Source: Pocillopora damicornis (lineage: Eukaryota). Taken from it: a stretch of 64,000 bases of DNA. This document shows, one piece after another, positions 24,826 through 42,395 of the stretch. Location of the stretch: positions 62,001-126,000 of the forward strand of contig NW_020845565.1 in NCBI RefSeq assembly GCF_003704095.1, given 5' to 3'. The notes beneath the pieces are model-generated. The model was not told the origin of the DNA, did not search any database, and saw only the letters and a list, made by a program, of their open reading frames with translations. Positions within the stretch are counted from its first letter, which is position 1. Each line of letters starts with the position of its first letter. A program made the translations under genes and the position numbers.

Positions 24826-25621
24826 CATAACAGATACTGGGGTATTCTCATTACTAAGTAGCATGAAAAACAGATTAGGGACCAGTTGTTGTTTATCCCC
24901 TGGTGTGAAGGGGGTGGGGGTCTNNNNNNNNNNNNNNNNNNNNNNNNNNNNNNNNNNNNNNNNNNNNNNNNNNNNNNNNNNNNNNNNNNNNNNNNNNNNN
25001 NNNNNNNNNNNNNNNNNNNNNNNNNNNNNNNNNNNNNNNNNNNNNNNNNNNNNNNACTGAAGTTCAAGATAACTGAAATTTTTGCTAGGAACTCTTTTTC
25101 CATTTTCTCTTCAAGCAGAAGAAGATTAAGAGGGAAGGAATCCTAATATATTCCAACTTCCTGACTTGTCAAATCATACAGTAGCCAGCTTTATAGAAGT
25201 ATAGGGATACTTTCAGCAAATCTAAATATAATAACACTTACTGACACCTGACTCACATGCCCAATTTTTTCATTTGATTAGGGATGGTTCAATTTTGGAG
25301 TGTGTTATTTTGCTGAATTTTATACTGCTGGAATTGATTTTTGCAGATCAAGGACTGTTTGCATGAGATAGATTGTCTGCAAAAACTGAAACCCGCTTAA
25401 TGGATATGCTTCACCATGTCATAGTCTTGCAACAGTGGTACGACATGTAATGCACAAATTAACTGTCTTTGCTACTAAAAATAGCTCATTTAATCAAAGT
25501 ATTAGAACTTACCTTTTAGGAAGAGTTGTCTGGAGTTTTCACCTAATAGGATAAAGTATGTATTTCAAATTTCAAAGAGTAAAAAAACTAAAGTGGGGCT
25601 GTTTTTAGAAGGACAGAAAAA

Positions 25622-25706
25622 GTGTACCTTCAGTTAACACAGTCATGATTCTCTTCACTGACGCACTAAGAGAGATTCCCATTTAACAAGTTCATCACTG
25701 GTACAC
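25622..25706 (-). ncRNA. SNORD79: Box C/D snoRNA, U79/SNORD79-like
   Basis: GTGTACC-A-GTGATGA...ATGGGAATCTC-T-CTTA(D')...GTGAAGA(C')...CTGA-A-GGTACAC with a 7-bp stem. Guide GGGAATCTC is complementary to 28S GAGATTCCC. Confidence 0.85.
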
Positions 25707-26705
25707 AGTCAACTCACTGTTCTCGCTTGATGCCGTGATTGTTTTCATTCTATCACAGTTATCACCACAATCTCAATGATCTTTCCATCTGGTTCTTAGT
25801 TATCATTGGGAAAGAGTTTCATGATTATGGCGAACAATACTTGAGAGAGTTCATTTACCTTTGAAAACGACTGTTTAAGATAAACGAAATGGTCAACTTC
25901 GTACCCTGCATTTCATTTAATCAATCGTGATACCACGTGCTTTTGGTCTAATGTGCTCATTAACGGGACAATCTACACTGAAACTTTTTTCAATTTAGGT
26001 AACTACAAAAGACAGTTCAAATAAAAAATTTTATACACCTTTAGCAACAATGACATCAATCAACTTATAACGGCTTCAATATATAGTACCTTGCGTCGGT
26101 TATCAATAGGGGAGCTGGAGCGCCATCTTGGAAACGACCTTGAGACTTTTAAGTTTCACCCCATTTAAAAATGGGGCGAAACAGCGCGTAGTATGAGTCT
26201 ACGCTTTTCTAACGAGCAGTTGAGGTCTTGAACAGATATCACGCACAAAAGTAAGCAATATTTTAAAGCAGTTCACTACATCTACTTGTTGCCATTCACC
26301 CTCAAGTCGTACCTTACAACCTCGTGGGCCGCGCTTTGTACGTTAAACCTCGTTTCCACACATCACTTATCATCGTCCCGGTGAACAACGAATTTTACCG
26401 GAAAAAGCCGAAGATTCATCGTAGAAAAATGATCTTACTGTTAATATTTCCTTATCTTCCTTGAAAAAGAATTCTATCACATTCGCCCCGAGAAATTTTA
26501 TTTTATTTGAAAATCACGCATGTTTCGTTTGAAGTGAGACAAAATAAAGCTATTTGATGAACATGCAATTCGTTTTTCAGTTTGAACGTGACTTGTGAGT
26601 CATTTTGGGGGTTCAGGGAAACCGGAAGTAAGCTGTGGCAAACTCTTGCTTTGACACGACAACCGAACTTCATCCGAGCAAAATGACGAAACTCTATGGC
26701 GTGGA

Positions 26706-26757
26706 CCAATCAGAATAGGCCACCAGGAAGCAGCTTGGCCAATCAGTGAGGGCCACG
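26706..26757 (+). promoter_or_regulatory. Two ER stress response elements (ERSE, CCAAT-N9-CCACG)
   Basis: CCAAT-cagaatagg-CCACC (26706-26724, one mismatch) and CCAAT-cagtgaggg-CCACG (26739-26757, perfect), ~120 bp upstream of the BiP ATG. Confidence 0.9.
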
Positions 26758-26877
26758 CGTGATGGCGAGCGAAATATCAACCGGCTCGAGTCTTCCTTGT
26801 CAATAATTTTGTGTAGTTTTCTGAGAGTTTGAACTGTATCAGAGTTGTCGGAAGAAAAATTCAACTAGATTCCAAAG

Positions 26878-30635
<3,758 letters not shown>

Positions 30636-31914
30636 CTTGGCTTATGGTAGAGAAAAGAGACTTAAACAATTTGTACCCTTATACAATCGGGGCACACTCT
30701 TTTTACAATTCTAAAAAGCACTTTGAAAAATTGGTGAACATTGCTTGGTGGTTATGTTGTTAATCACTTTGATCAATGAAATGTCTGTGCTGCTAATGGA
30801 CATGAAACAGAAAGGAAAGTATAATATAGTGTGTACAGCTTGTTGGTAAATCAGTTGGTTATTCTCTCGCTCTTTTCATCCATTGTAAAACTCTCGATAG
30901 TTTGGGTTCTTGGAGGGCATCAGACTACAAACAATTCCTTTTATTTATCCTTTAACCCTCTCAATTTGAATTTCAAGAGAGCTAGAAAATTTTTTCATTA
31001 ATAAAAAATAACTACATGTACATTTGTCTTTTTTTACGAGTTTACACAACAGTAGTAATGTATGATAGCAGTTTCCTGTTTTTGGAAACTTTGCATTGCC
31101 TTATGGGTTGCATAGAGGTTAAAGTGTAGAAAACGGGGGGGGGGGGGNNNNNNNNNNNNNNNNNNNNNNNNNNNNNNNNNNNNNNNNNNNNNNNNNNNNN
31201 NNNNNNNNNNNNNNNNNNNNNNNNNNNNNNNNNNNNNNNNNNNNNNNTCAAACGACACTGTCATAAAGAACAAGACTGTAACATAAAGAGACGTTTTCTT
31301 CGTTACGTCAGGATACGATGGATAACCTAAATACAATGGTACAGTTCAATATTTTTCTTGCAATAATATACCGCCATATTCTTTCACTCTTGAATCTTTA
31401 ACAACATCAGTATCGATATTCTCAATACTCGTCTCTTCTCTATACATTTCCTTAGGTATTGACACGGAGAATTCGTTTAACAAGCAAAGCTTCTACGGTT
31501 GGCGATCATTTCCTTAATTCTTTTGATCTTAATGAATGATTTAGCAGTATTACTGTAAGGGGAAATTAGATACTGGTTGAGGGTTGAGGGAAGATAAAAT
31601 TAAACGCCGTATTTTAGTATGATACAACAAAGGCATTTTGCGACTGTCGACTAAATTACACCGAAGTCACCGAGTCGTTTCGTAAGGCAAAATAATTTTG
31701 ATTGTTTTTGTTCCTCGAATTTTTTTTAGCATGCAGATATTTTTTATTATGACGTAAATAGCTTTGTAGCGAGCTGAATAGTTTGTAAACTATGCTGTCT
31801 ATACTTTGTACATATATTCCACACTTCAACTACGACGTAACATAAGCCTTCAGCACAACTGAGCTTCTGACTAAGCAAAATATATACAGGGCTACAACTT
31901 CTATGAAGTCCAAC

Positions 31915-34900
31915 TCAAACCAGTTCAAGAACCTGCAAAAAATAAAAAAAAGTAAAAAATTAAAAAAAAAAGCAACGCTGCAAATGAGCCTTTAAAAATA
32001 ACTCTGCATTTTTCTTGAGGTACGTAACCACTTACAGCAACCTACGAACGAGAATAAACTCTGCGTTTGGTTGTTTGAGCGATTTTTAACCATCCATTAT
32101 CTAGAAGTTATTAAAATGGAACTTCTCCCCACAAGATCGACACATTTAACAAATAACAGGTGATGAGGGTTTAGATACTCGTCGCTTAGATGCTCCCTAA
32201 ATATTGAATTTATAGGAACATGTTGAGCATTTCTAAGCCGGATAATTACTTATCACATCAAGGTTCAAAAGCGGAGGACAGCCAAGAAAAAAGAAGAAAC
32301 GGGCTGGAAGAGGTAATATAGCAAAAAGAAAAGCGCCATAGATCACGGCTCGTTAACAAATGCCACCGTACCTTAATTGTTCCTTGACTATTTGCGGCTA
32401 CAACTACATTGGATCCCTGTTAAGAAAGCGACAAAAAGGCATATTAATGTGCACCTCGTACGATTAAAAATACGATTGGCTAGGTAAGGCCGCCGCCAGC
32501 CTCGTTTCTAGGTTTAGAAGTACCCTCAGATCGAGGCCGCGGGTCACTAGTCATCCGTACGCGTGCTTGCCGGCGCTGCGTGACCGGAAATTCGGTCCCT
32601 TGAAAAACTACATCAGTAATGTTGCTGCTTATTCCCCAGATTGACTGTGCTCTTCAAAAAAATTCAGTAATCTTTACAATGGTTCACTGCTCACTTGAAT
32701 TCTTGTTCTTAGAAAGTCAACTACTTCAATCTGCCCTAGTGGAATAAAAACTTTTTCGCTAACTTCTTGTGGGTTAAATTTCTACCCCTTTGCCTTTACA
32801 CTTTGAAGTACCTTATATCTTAAGTATTTTTGATGCTGAAATAACCTGCCGGTAGTACTCTCTAGGTCATTGTCTTAAGACAAAGATTCACTTACGGTTC
32901 TCCAGCAAACCGCGCTCACAAATTCATTCGCATCGTCTTCTTTCTTATCTTTCTCCTACAAAACCGTAAAGCAACGAAATACCTAAGCAGATGTAGCAAT
33001 GATCAACTGAACAGTGGTTGTTATATAGACCATGCGCGTAAAGGATAATGTCGGATCAATGTCAATATCTGAGCAACTGCGCACCTACCCCTCCCCTAAT
33101 CCAACTAGGGAAGGGGTAGTTGCGCAATAGTTTAGGTTTGATTCGTAAGCTGCTTTCTCGCCCAGTGCAGATGACCTAAATTCAGCCAATACTCTTGAAG
33201 AGATTTTCAGTCTAGTACAAACAAACTGGCAAATCAGCACAAAATGTGACGAGGGAACCAATGGGTTGTCAGATCCACAACATTTAACTGCCAGAAGTGC
33301 GGGAAAATACAGGGAGCAAATCGTGATGCGTTTTAGCAAATCGTGATGCNNNNNNNNNNNNNNNNNNNNNNNNNNNNNNNNNNNNNNNNNNNNNNNNNNN
33401 NNNNNNNNNNNNNNNNNNNNNNNNNNNNNNNNNNNNNNNNNNNNNNNNNCACTTACGCAGAGACAATTTCTTCTGTGTTGATAAATTTTGTATATGATAC
33501 AGCCTTCCTATGGCCTTTGAAGACTGTTATTGGCTTGGTTGTGTTTCGTAGATCATAATAATGGACGCAGTGATCTGTGAAGAGAAACTTCAAAGGTTAT
33601 GAAGGGAATATCTAGCCCGAGTACTGTCAAGAGTGCAGGGTTTTCGGTAACATTAGGAAGTACCGGATGCAGTGGTTCAGCTGGCATGTCCCCCGGGAAA
33701 TTTGTACAATTGGACTTTCTTAAATGCAACTTCCTGCGTTCCCTGAGATGAAGTACAAATGAAAAGTGAGCAATACTGATTCAGACAGATGCTCTCTGAT
33801 CAAAGGTCAGGGTTAGCTGTCGTCGAATTTGTCTGGTCAGTGATAGCTGGTACGGAAGGGGGAAAGGGATGAGGAATGATGAGTTATGATTTTATTATAC
33901 ATGTATATGACATGAATTATCTCTATCGTTTCGATTGTATGTATTACATAACTAAGTGAGTAAAATAAGGGTCAAGTCTTTCTTTGTTTAATAAATGGAA
34001 AAAACGATTTTCACTCTTGGTGTGTGAACTATCAGACGTTACAAGTCAAACAACCGGGCGTTGCGTCCGGTGTCCGGCCTGAAACGAAACCCCTGAGAGT
34101 GAGCCTGCTTGTCTTGTTTGCACTTTAGAGATTTGATCCAATAAAATGTTGTGTTCTGAACTTGAGTAAACCTTTTATTCTAGGCAAGTTTAACCTGCTG
34201 GTGGTAGAAATAGAAGGGAAGGTTGAGGGCTTTGAACTGAGCCTACTGAAAAATGTTAGGCATAACTTATCTGACCCTACAGAAGGGTACCTTGTGAATG
34301 TAGTTTAAATTCTTAGGAAAAGGTTTCCGGGCTGGGCCCAGTTGTTCAAAGGGGGCATAACGCTATCCAACGGATAAATCGCTATGCAGTGGATAAGTGT
34401 TCACAAAACGTACTGCGCTATCCACTGGATAGACATTTATCCAGTGGATAGCGTTATCCATCTTTCGAACAACTGGGGCCAGATGGATACTGTACAAACT
34501 ACATACCTGCAGAACCGAAGGATAGGTGACATCTACTTTNNNNNNNNNNNNNNNNNNNNNNNNNNNNNNNNNNNNNNNNNNNNNNNNNNNNNNNNNNNNN
34601 NNNNNNNNNNNNNNNNNNNNNNNNNNNNNNNNNNNNNNNCGCAAAACTGGCAAGGGGTACCTGAAAAGATCTGGTCTTTGATCCAGTGAAAGCATCCCAC
34701 AGAGTCACTGTGCCTTCATAATCACTGCTGGCAAGTAAACCTTTGTGATACGAGCTCCAACAGATCGAACTGTGAAACAAGCAAACAAAAAAAGTACATG
34801 AAATTTCTTGACCAACAAAGCAGCTAATATTGCACTAGTTTCAAAAAACCCAAAACAAAAAACAAAACAAAACAGATGCAAGACCAAGAGAAAGCAAAAA

Positions 34901-37900
34901 TTCTTTCTGCATATTTTTCTGTTCTTAATTCTAAGAGAGACATGGCTGGATTGAAACTGCTCATCCAAGGGCACAAATTTAATGTGTATCAACTTCAAAT
35001 TCTTCACCTCACCTGATTTTGGAATTGCACACCATTTCATTCACAGGACAATGAATATCCACCACATCTCTTATCACCATTCCATACTCAAACACCTGAT
35101 GTACCAAAAGAGAATATAAAAAGGTTTGATAGATAAGCAGTACTTATCATTATATGAGGTGTCACATCTTGTGAAAGTTAAATTTGAAAATGAGATTTCA
35201 ATGAGTGATGTGATGTCATAACGTAAGGTAAGGGGATTGAAGGTGAAAACCTACACATGCATTACAGGGAATTTGTAGGTGTAAATAAAAGTGCCAGCAT
35301 GAGCATACAAGATGATCCCAACTTGGCCTGCTAGAGATTGCCACTTTAATCCCAGCGAAAAATCCCTTGAAAGTCAAAGCTCAATTCTTGAACTTCACTG
35401 ATAGAGTTCTTCTGTTTCAGGAAGAAAAAGTTTTCAAAAAGATTTTTGAAGAGCAAGGGTTTCATATTCATACTGGGTTCTGTGAGGGTTATGAGGCTCA
35501 GATACAAAGATCCCCCTGAATTGCTGACTGCAAAAGATACTCATCAAAAGATGAGAGATAACAAAAAGAAGGGTTCTTTGCTATAATGACTATTTCTGAA
35601 ATTCTAAATGTACTAAAATAAGCCAGAAATAAAATAAAGTGTGATAAGAGTACCTTGATTTTCTTTGTAACCCCAGCAATGGCAAAGTAGTCAAAATCAC
35701 GGTCAAATTCAATGCTGTATGTTTGTGGAGAGAATAGAATTATTGAAAAATATATATGTACATGTATATACAAACTTTAACTACAGATGATTTCAAGAAA
35801 CATGGAAAGGCATTTAGAAAGAAACAATAAAACAAATTAGAATTTCATACTAGATGTAGGAAAGTTACAATCTATTCATGGAAGCATTTCAAAATATCTT
35901 GTTTCTTTTTTGATAGTGACAATAATAACAACTGAAATGGGAAGACTGGGGTCACTAGTAAAGGCACCTTTAATGTTTTACCATCATTTGCTGACAAATA
36001 CATCTTAGGAAACAAACCTTGATACTATGCTTGAGCTACTATAGATGTCAGTGGCATAACTTAGTGTTGCCAGGCAACGAAAACCACTGAACTTTGTAAA
36101 CTTGGCTAGACTTTCTGTGAAATAATCCAGGGCATCTGAGGTTCCCGCATCACCTGGAAACATTCAGAAATTCAATACCAGCAGTGCAGTCTCATCAACT
36201 AGGACACAAGTGAAATACAACTGGGAAGGAATTGCAGTTTACAGATGTACAAGAGAACCCCGCTAATTCGAACTCAGTTAACTCAAACCCCCTGCAAACT
36301 TGAACAAGATCTGATTTCCCTTGACCCAATTTTTCAGTTATTTACTACCAACTCACCCAAACAATTTTTTGTTTTCCTTGGGAGTTTGAGTTGGCAGGGT
36401 TCTACTGTATGTGTTTTTGTGGATACCGCTGGTTCCTATAAATTTTTTTTTATGCGAAGAGAAGCTGTTTAAGAGTAAAGTACTTCACCCAAGAACACCC
36501 ACAATGGCCAAATCTCAGCTTAGGGTTAGGTCTCGCAAACTGGAGTTCAGAGTGCTAACCATTGTGCCCCTATGGTATGGTATGTGGCTGCAAATACATC
36601 AAATTTCACTTTCTCACTTGGTAAATCTCCCTGCCTAATGGAAAAGTAGCATCTCTCTAGATCATCAAAGTGTTGGTGAATTCTTTTCCTTCTTGACGCT
36701 AAACTGGTGCTGCACCAAAGGTGTTTTGCTCCGTGCTGGCTTCCATTAAACCCATCTTGAGCCCCCTCTGTTTGATCGCATGATTCATCATGACTGCAAG
36801 TGGACAGGTATTGCATTACTTTACACACACTTATAAATAAACACTTTGGTTCAATTAATTTTTTTTCTTGCTTCCCAATGTTTCAAAAAAGTTCAATTAA
36901 ATATTTTATACACAAAAATAAATATTAAACTAGTTTAAAAAATTTAAAAGCAGGAGAGGAAATTTACCACTTAACAGATTAATTTAATATTATGAAATGT
37001 TACTGCAAGTTTCAATCACATGTACATTCTAAAGTTTAGAGCTAAACATATGAGTTTGTTTTAAACCTTACTCAATCATCATTGCAACAGCAAATTACAG
37101 GAGAGACAAGAAAATGAATTAAGATCATTTAGTCAGTATGCAAGACCTTTTAAACCTACAGATGCAGTGCATATGTTTTTCAAGAGTTCCATGCATGATT
37201 AATGCAGCCTTTAATGATATTTCTACAATTCTACAGGTTCAATGTTACTGGCAGCTACTATAAAATACTCAACATTTACCAACAGTCAATAGTAAAACCT
37301 CTATAAATAGTTTGTCACCTAGTTGAAGGTTCCATATCTGAACCCACTGCCACTGGGGCATTTTTAGCTGTCGGTGTGGTAGGTACAGCATGATCCTGAA
37401 GGAAATAAACAGTTTATTCATATCCTGCTCCTACATGTCAGCAATGTTTTTTTGGTTATCTTGTCCTGAATGAAGTATGTCATTAATGTTTCACTACTTT
37501 TCCATAGAGATCAGTTGATATTCAAAAGATAATCGTCCACACACACAAAAAAAACAATTTTGACACATACACAAGCCTTGCTTAATTACTTCAAATTGTA
37601 AATGTACAAGTGTGTGTATTGTAGCAGTTTTCTTAACCTTACAAATACCTCTTACTCTTTTGCAAAAATCTGACCCTTCTTTGGGTCATTTACACCATAC
37701 TAACTGTTTGTGGAAACGAGAACCACATACCACTTCACCAGCCATAAGTCTCTCAGCACCAGGGAGGAGAGTTAAGGGAGCTGGTTTTGAATATTGCCTG
37801 TTGTGACTTGCTATCATTTCCTGAAAGATTGTAGAGTAATTATTATAAGCCTATGAACACCAGTCTATTGATATCAAGTTACTGCTGTCAGTAAATTTCT

Positions 37901-40900
37901 TATCTGTATGCTTCACCAAAACCTTTTGCATTTATACAGCAGTAGTAATGTGGGTTAATAATTGACAAACAAAAAAAACAAACAACATTTGCAATTTCAC
38001 CCTGAGAGTAGATTCTTTCCCCCTCTATGGAGTTCTCCCCTAAAACCTGTTACAACTACTTCAATCTGTTCTGAACAACAGACCCAAACTTAGAGGTGCA
38101 CTTTCACTGTGTACCAAACATGGGAAATAAGCTGAACTCATGTTTCTCTTACTGAAACTCTCTTCATGTCTTCATCAATTAGTTTGACTTCTCGGGTAAG
38201 CTGATCAAGTTGCTATATTTCAAAGGAAAAAAATAGAAAAACTCAATAAGGTTGGGCTAATAATTTGTCTAACAGTAGATGCACAAACCAAGCATTTTAA
38301 CTTCTGAATGATGTTAATGATTATAAATTTTTTTTAACAAACTATACCATTGAATGCTCCGACAAACATCTTCATGTGAATGTACATATAATTTGACTGC
38401 ATGTCATGGATGGCAGTACCATACCTCTTGCTTGTGTCTCTTTACTTGTGAGAGGAAATCTTTCAGCAACTCATGTTGTATTGCTTGGCTATCCTAATAG
38501 TTACATTAAACAAAAGAACTTCAATGCAATCTACATTACATGATCACAAAGAGGCACTCTGTTTTCTGTCAGGTGGTTTTAGAAGGTCCCCCACCAACGA
38601 GGAAAAGAAGGGGCAAGGGAAAGGCTGTGAGAAAATTTTGTCTTTGAGGATGCAAATTAACAGACAGTTACTTGTATTGACTAAATTGGCACCTGTCCCT
38701 GAATAAACTTCCCCTTTGTCAGCCAAATTTTAAAATTGGTGCCATCAAGTCAATTGACACCAGCTTTACATATTCAAACCATCCTTTTTATGACCAATTT
38801 AATCTCAGAAATATAAATAGGTGTACCAACTCTGAAACTATTCCAATTTAAGCATTGCTTTTATATTAAACTACAATTTTGTAGTTTTTTTTACACAAAA
38901 AATGATCATACCTCAAAAAAAAAAAATTCCCCCCCCCCACTCCCTCCTGTCATTTCCTACTTCTTAAATACATTTCCTGACCACTACTGTAGTCTGAGAA
39001 TTTAGATCATTTTACACTTACTGCTTCTAGCATTTGTTTCTTCAGTGTCAAAACTTCCAGCAAATAATTGACATCTGTAACAGGAAAGGTAACAAAAGTC
39101 TCAGAGAGGCATCTTCACGATGAACATAGGGATACAAGTTATCTACCAAGAAGTGGATCTGGGCCATAACGCTGATAAAAAAATTATGATTTTATTTCAT
39201 AGCTTGCCTCCAGCACTGAGAACCAAACTTAAAGCATAGAAGAAAAAAGAAAACAAAAAGTGTCCTACACAGAATTTCATAAGAAATTTTACCCGCTAAG
39301 TCCCATTCATGTTGTCCTGCCAAAAGTTCCTGCAGTCCACTTCCTGCCTCATGTAGCTTTGTAAATAAAAAAAAATTCACCAAACAGATAATGGGATTAC
39401 TGAAACTTATTAGGTAGAGGTTATCTTGATCCAAAATCAAAGTCTTGTAACTAATTTAAAAGGAATTGTGGAGCAGCTAGTAAGGAGAATTTACAATCAG
39501 ATCTTGAGAGTTACAGTGTTAAGGAGCTGTCANNNNNNNNNNACCTGAGACTCCAGAACCATCTTGCTCTTTTTTTGTCCGGTTCTTTCTTTAACTTTTT
39601 GTACCAATTCATTTACTAGGATTAGCAGAAAACAAAATACATGATACATATATTGCACCTCTATAGAGCAAAAAAAAAAAAGGAAAATCAAGTACAACCA
39701 CAATAAGTAAAAATACTCCTTCCAGTTATAAAGAAGATATCAAAATATCCCAAGCACAAGTAACTACAGTCACACGGATAATGACGGGGTGACCAGGTCA
39801 TACAGGTTCCACAGAATGGGATCAAAAGTGATGATAAGATGCTATTTTCAACCGTTATTGGTCTCCTAATGTACAGTTTCTTCAAAATCGTGCTAAAAAT
39901 GCATTGCATCTTCATTGCTTCACATTAACAAAATGACAACTGATCACTATGTACAGGATGACCACTTAGCACACTGCAGTTTAAAAGGAGTTTGACTTTA
40001 TTAACTGTAGTTTTCTCAAAATACTTACATAGAAAGTTAGGAAAGATTTGATCTGGCTTGTCTATGATGTAGTTACATTTAGGACAGCGATTGCTTTCCT
40101 CCAAACTCCTTGTGATGCACTGATAACTAAAGGGTAAAAGAGACATGAGGGTAGTTTTGCATAAATGTTGCCACATTCAGCAACAAGCTACAGTAAGAAT
40201 ATTCACAAGAATAAATTAAATGATCACTAAATATAATGAAGCTCTTGATTGTTGAACAAATTCTACTTGTCAGCACCTTAAGAATTATATACAGAATAGT
40301 ATCAAGAATATGCAGACTGATATTAGGGCATAAAGGGTTAAAATGTGCCCAGACTCAAAAAGATTCTTAATTGTGAGGGTGTATAAACAGGGCACATGCA
40401 GTAGGCTGATTAACCCTATATCAATGATAGTGGATAGCATACCTAAACTGGGCAAGACACAAATTTTACCATTTACTACCCCTATGTGTATGTTAATTGA
40501 TCTTGGTTGTCATGAGGAGGTATCCCAGCTAGGATCATAGTTATAAAAATTAATGTGATTTCATGATTTGTATACAATAGCTAAATGGATTACAGATGAT
40601 TTTAGGAGTTAGAAACACTTCTCAAAGATATCATCCTGGATTAAGATCATGTTACTTTACAGACTGGGTTTTATTCCTTGATAACCACCAGATAACTTGG
40701 AAACAACTACTGGGTTGTATTGATTGGCTGCACTCTTCTTGTCTGACCATTGTGCTGTAGTTTACACATACATAGACGGTCTAACCACAATTATCTAGAT
40801 TATTTGATTATCTAGACTCACTCTCTGGTTCCATTTTTTCAGCAATACTAATTAGGCACATATAAGATCTGTAACAACTTCTCCCCATGAAACAAAGCAA

Positions 40901-42395
40901 ATGTACTTAAACAATGTGGATGCTATTCTAATGATGAAGCTTCAAATAATGATAGAATTAGCAATGCTGATCAATCACCCAGTCAATCTTTATTCATTTA
41001 CAATTGATATGAATAACTCAGAGTCAGGACAAGGTCAAGGTCAGTAATAGTTCACAAACATGGTTATTGCAATAATCCAATTAAAGTACACTGGTTAATA
41101 GGAGAGAACAATTTGTTCAGGCCAGAAGGTTAATGATGAATGCATTCAAGAGGATTTGCACATGTAGGAAATCCTGTAATAGGATTATAGTGTCTGAGAA
41201 AGAGATTGTTGGAATCATATTAAAGGATCAGCTGTTCAAGTCCAACTATCAAACTTGCTATTGTGTGTAATTTTTTATTCACTGCAAGGGACAAAAAGAA
41301 TTTGTTCCACTTTGTCCTAATGGTTTGGGACACAAATTTATACCAATTACAATTTATGCAGCCAGACACAGGGAAAAACTAACTTGAGAAAGAAATGATT
41401 TTTGATCAAGCAGTATCAAATAGAACTGTAAATGTAATGTATGTGTATCTTTAACCTCACATGTCCTTGCAACCGATCACTCAGATTTTTAGGAATGAAC
41501 TGTGCTTGTGCATGTATTTATGTCAGGTAAAGGTAAGATTTTTTGCACAGCCCTGTACTATTGTAAAACAAAGCTGCGGTCCCATGATGACCTAATGTTT
41601 ACCCAATTGTTTTCTTTATCCAAGAACTGCATGCATTATGAAGTACAGGGTTGTGCAGAAATCTTACCTATGTAAATCCTTTATCTCATGACCCACAGCT
41701 ACATGTCCACAAGCAACTGACCTTCACCAAATGTCTTGCCGCATTGTAATTCATTCAAGCATAAATGGAATTTTGAACTTGAAAAGGCTGAATTTTATGG
41801 AATTTTTTTTAACCCTATCAGTGCTGAAACAAATACTAGTCGTCATTGCTGGTGGGACTACCCTGGCGTGCATGACAAAGTTTACATATACAAATGAATT
41901 GGCATGGAAAGCTCAAAGACATCTAACTATGCAAAAAATTTAGGGCTTAACTGTGAGACAATCTCAGGTGATGTGCACACAACGAGCCACTAGGGCATTC
42001 TGATATTCAAAATTCTAAGAAAATAAATCCTTACCAAAAGGTATGTCCACATTTTGTCATGAAAGCTTCATCGATGGTGTCAAAACAGATCGGACTGTAG
42101 AAGAAAAACAAAAACAGATAAGCTAATTTGTACCACAGAGCAATTAGACTGGTTTTAAATCACGCAACATTCACTGGGAAAAAAATGCACGAAGGCAAAG
42201 ATTACTGACCCATTATGAGCAGGAAAACGTATCTAATCAATAATTTTGCTCTTACCAAACGAAATCGCTATTTTTATCGCTGAAAGAGTTCATAATTCCA
42301 CCATAAACGGGAGGATGCGGCCTCTTCCGACGACGTCCTGCTCGCCCCTGACTCGTCTGAGCAGATGTTGAATTCGAGGACGACATTTGAGCCAT
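31915..42395 (-). CDS. COP1: E3 ubiquitin ligase COP1 (RING, coiled-coil, WD40); ~20 visible exons, some hidden in gaps
   Basis: Start [13 protein letters not shown]...[66 protein letters not shown]. Further motifs [59 protein letters not shown] and [13 protein letters not shown]. Ends [12 protein letters not shown]. Confidence 0.96.
34332..34482. mobile_element. ~150 bp palindromic MITE
   Basis: CTGGGCCCAGTTGTTC...GAACAACTGGGGCCAG termini, with internal TATCCACTGGATA palindromes. Confidence 0.8.
41531..41669. repeat. Small inverted-repeat element (MITE-like) in COP1 intron 2
   Basis: AGGTAAGATTTTTTGCACAGCCCTGTACT (41531) / AGTACAGGGTTGTGCAGAAATCTTACCT (41642), ~28-bp imperfect inverted repeats. 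Confidence 0.7.

Larger units (their letters stand above)
20130..26136 (-). ncRNA. GAS5-like non-coding multi-snoRNA host gene
   Basis: Short exons bounded by GT/AG on the minus strand (approx. 26136-26090, 25905-25859, 25542-25513, 24661-24620, 24053-24011, 23685-~23630, 23080-23009, 22733-22692, 22027-21972, 21607-21566, 21312-21270, 20649-20574, terminal from 20244 with AATAAA at 20152-20147). The first ATG stops after 7 codons. Introns carry single C/D snoRNAs, several ~70-110 nt upstream of the 3' splice site. Confidence 0.82.

Noticed and set aside
25843-25853. TGAACTCTCTC on the minus strand, resembling the U81 guide
   Set aside because: It lies 5 nt inside the intron right after the donor, with no upstream C box and no adjacent D/D' box; probably chance.
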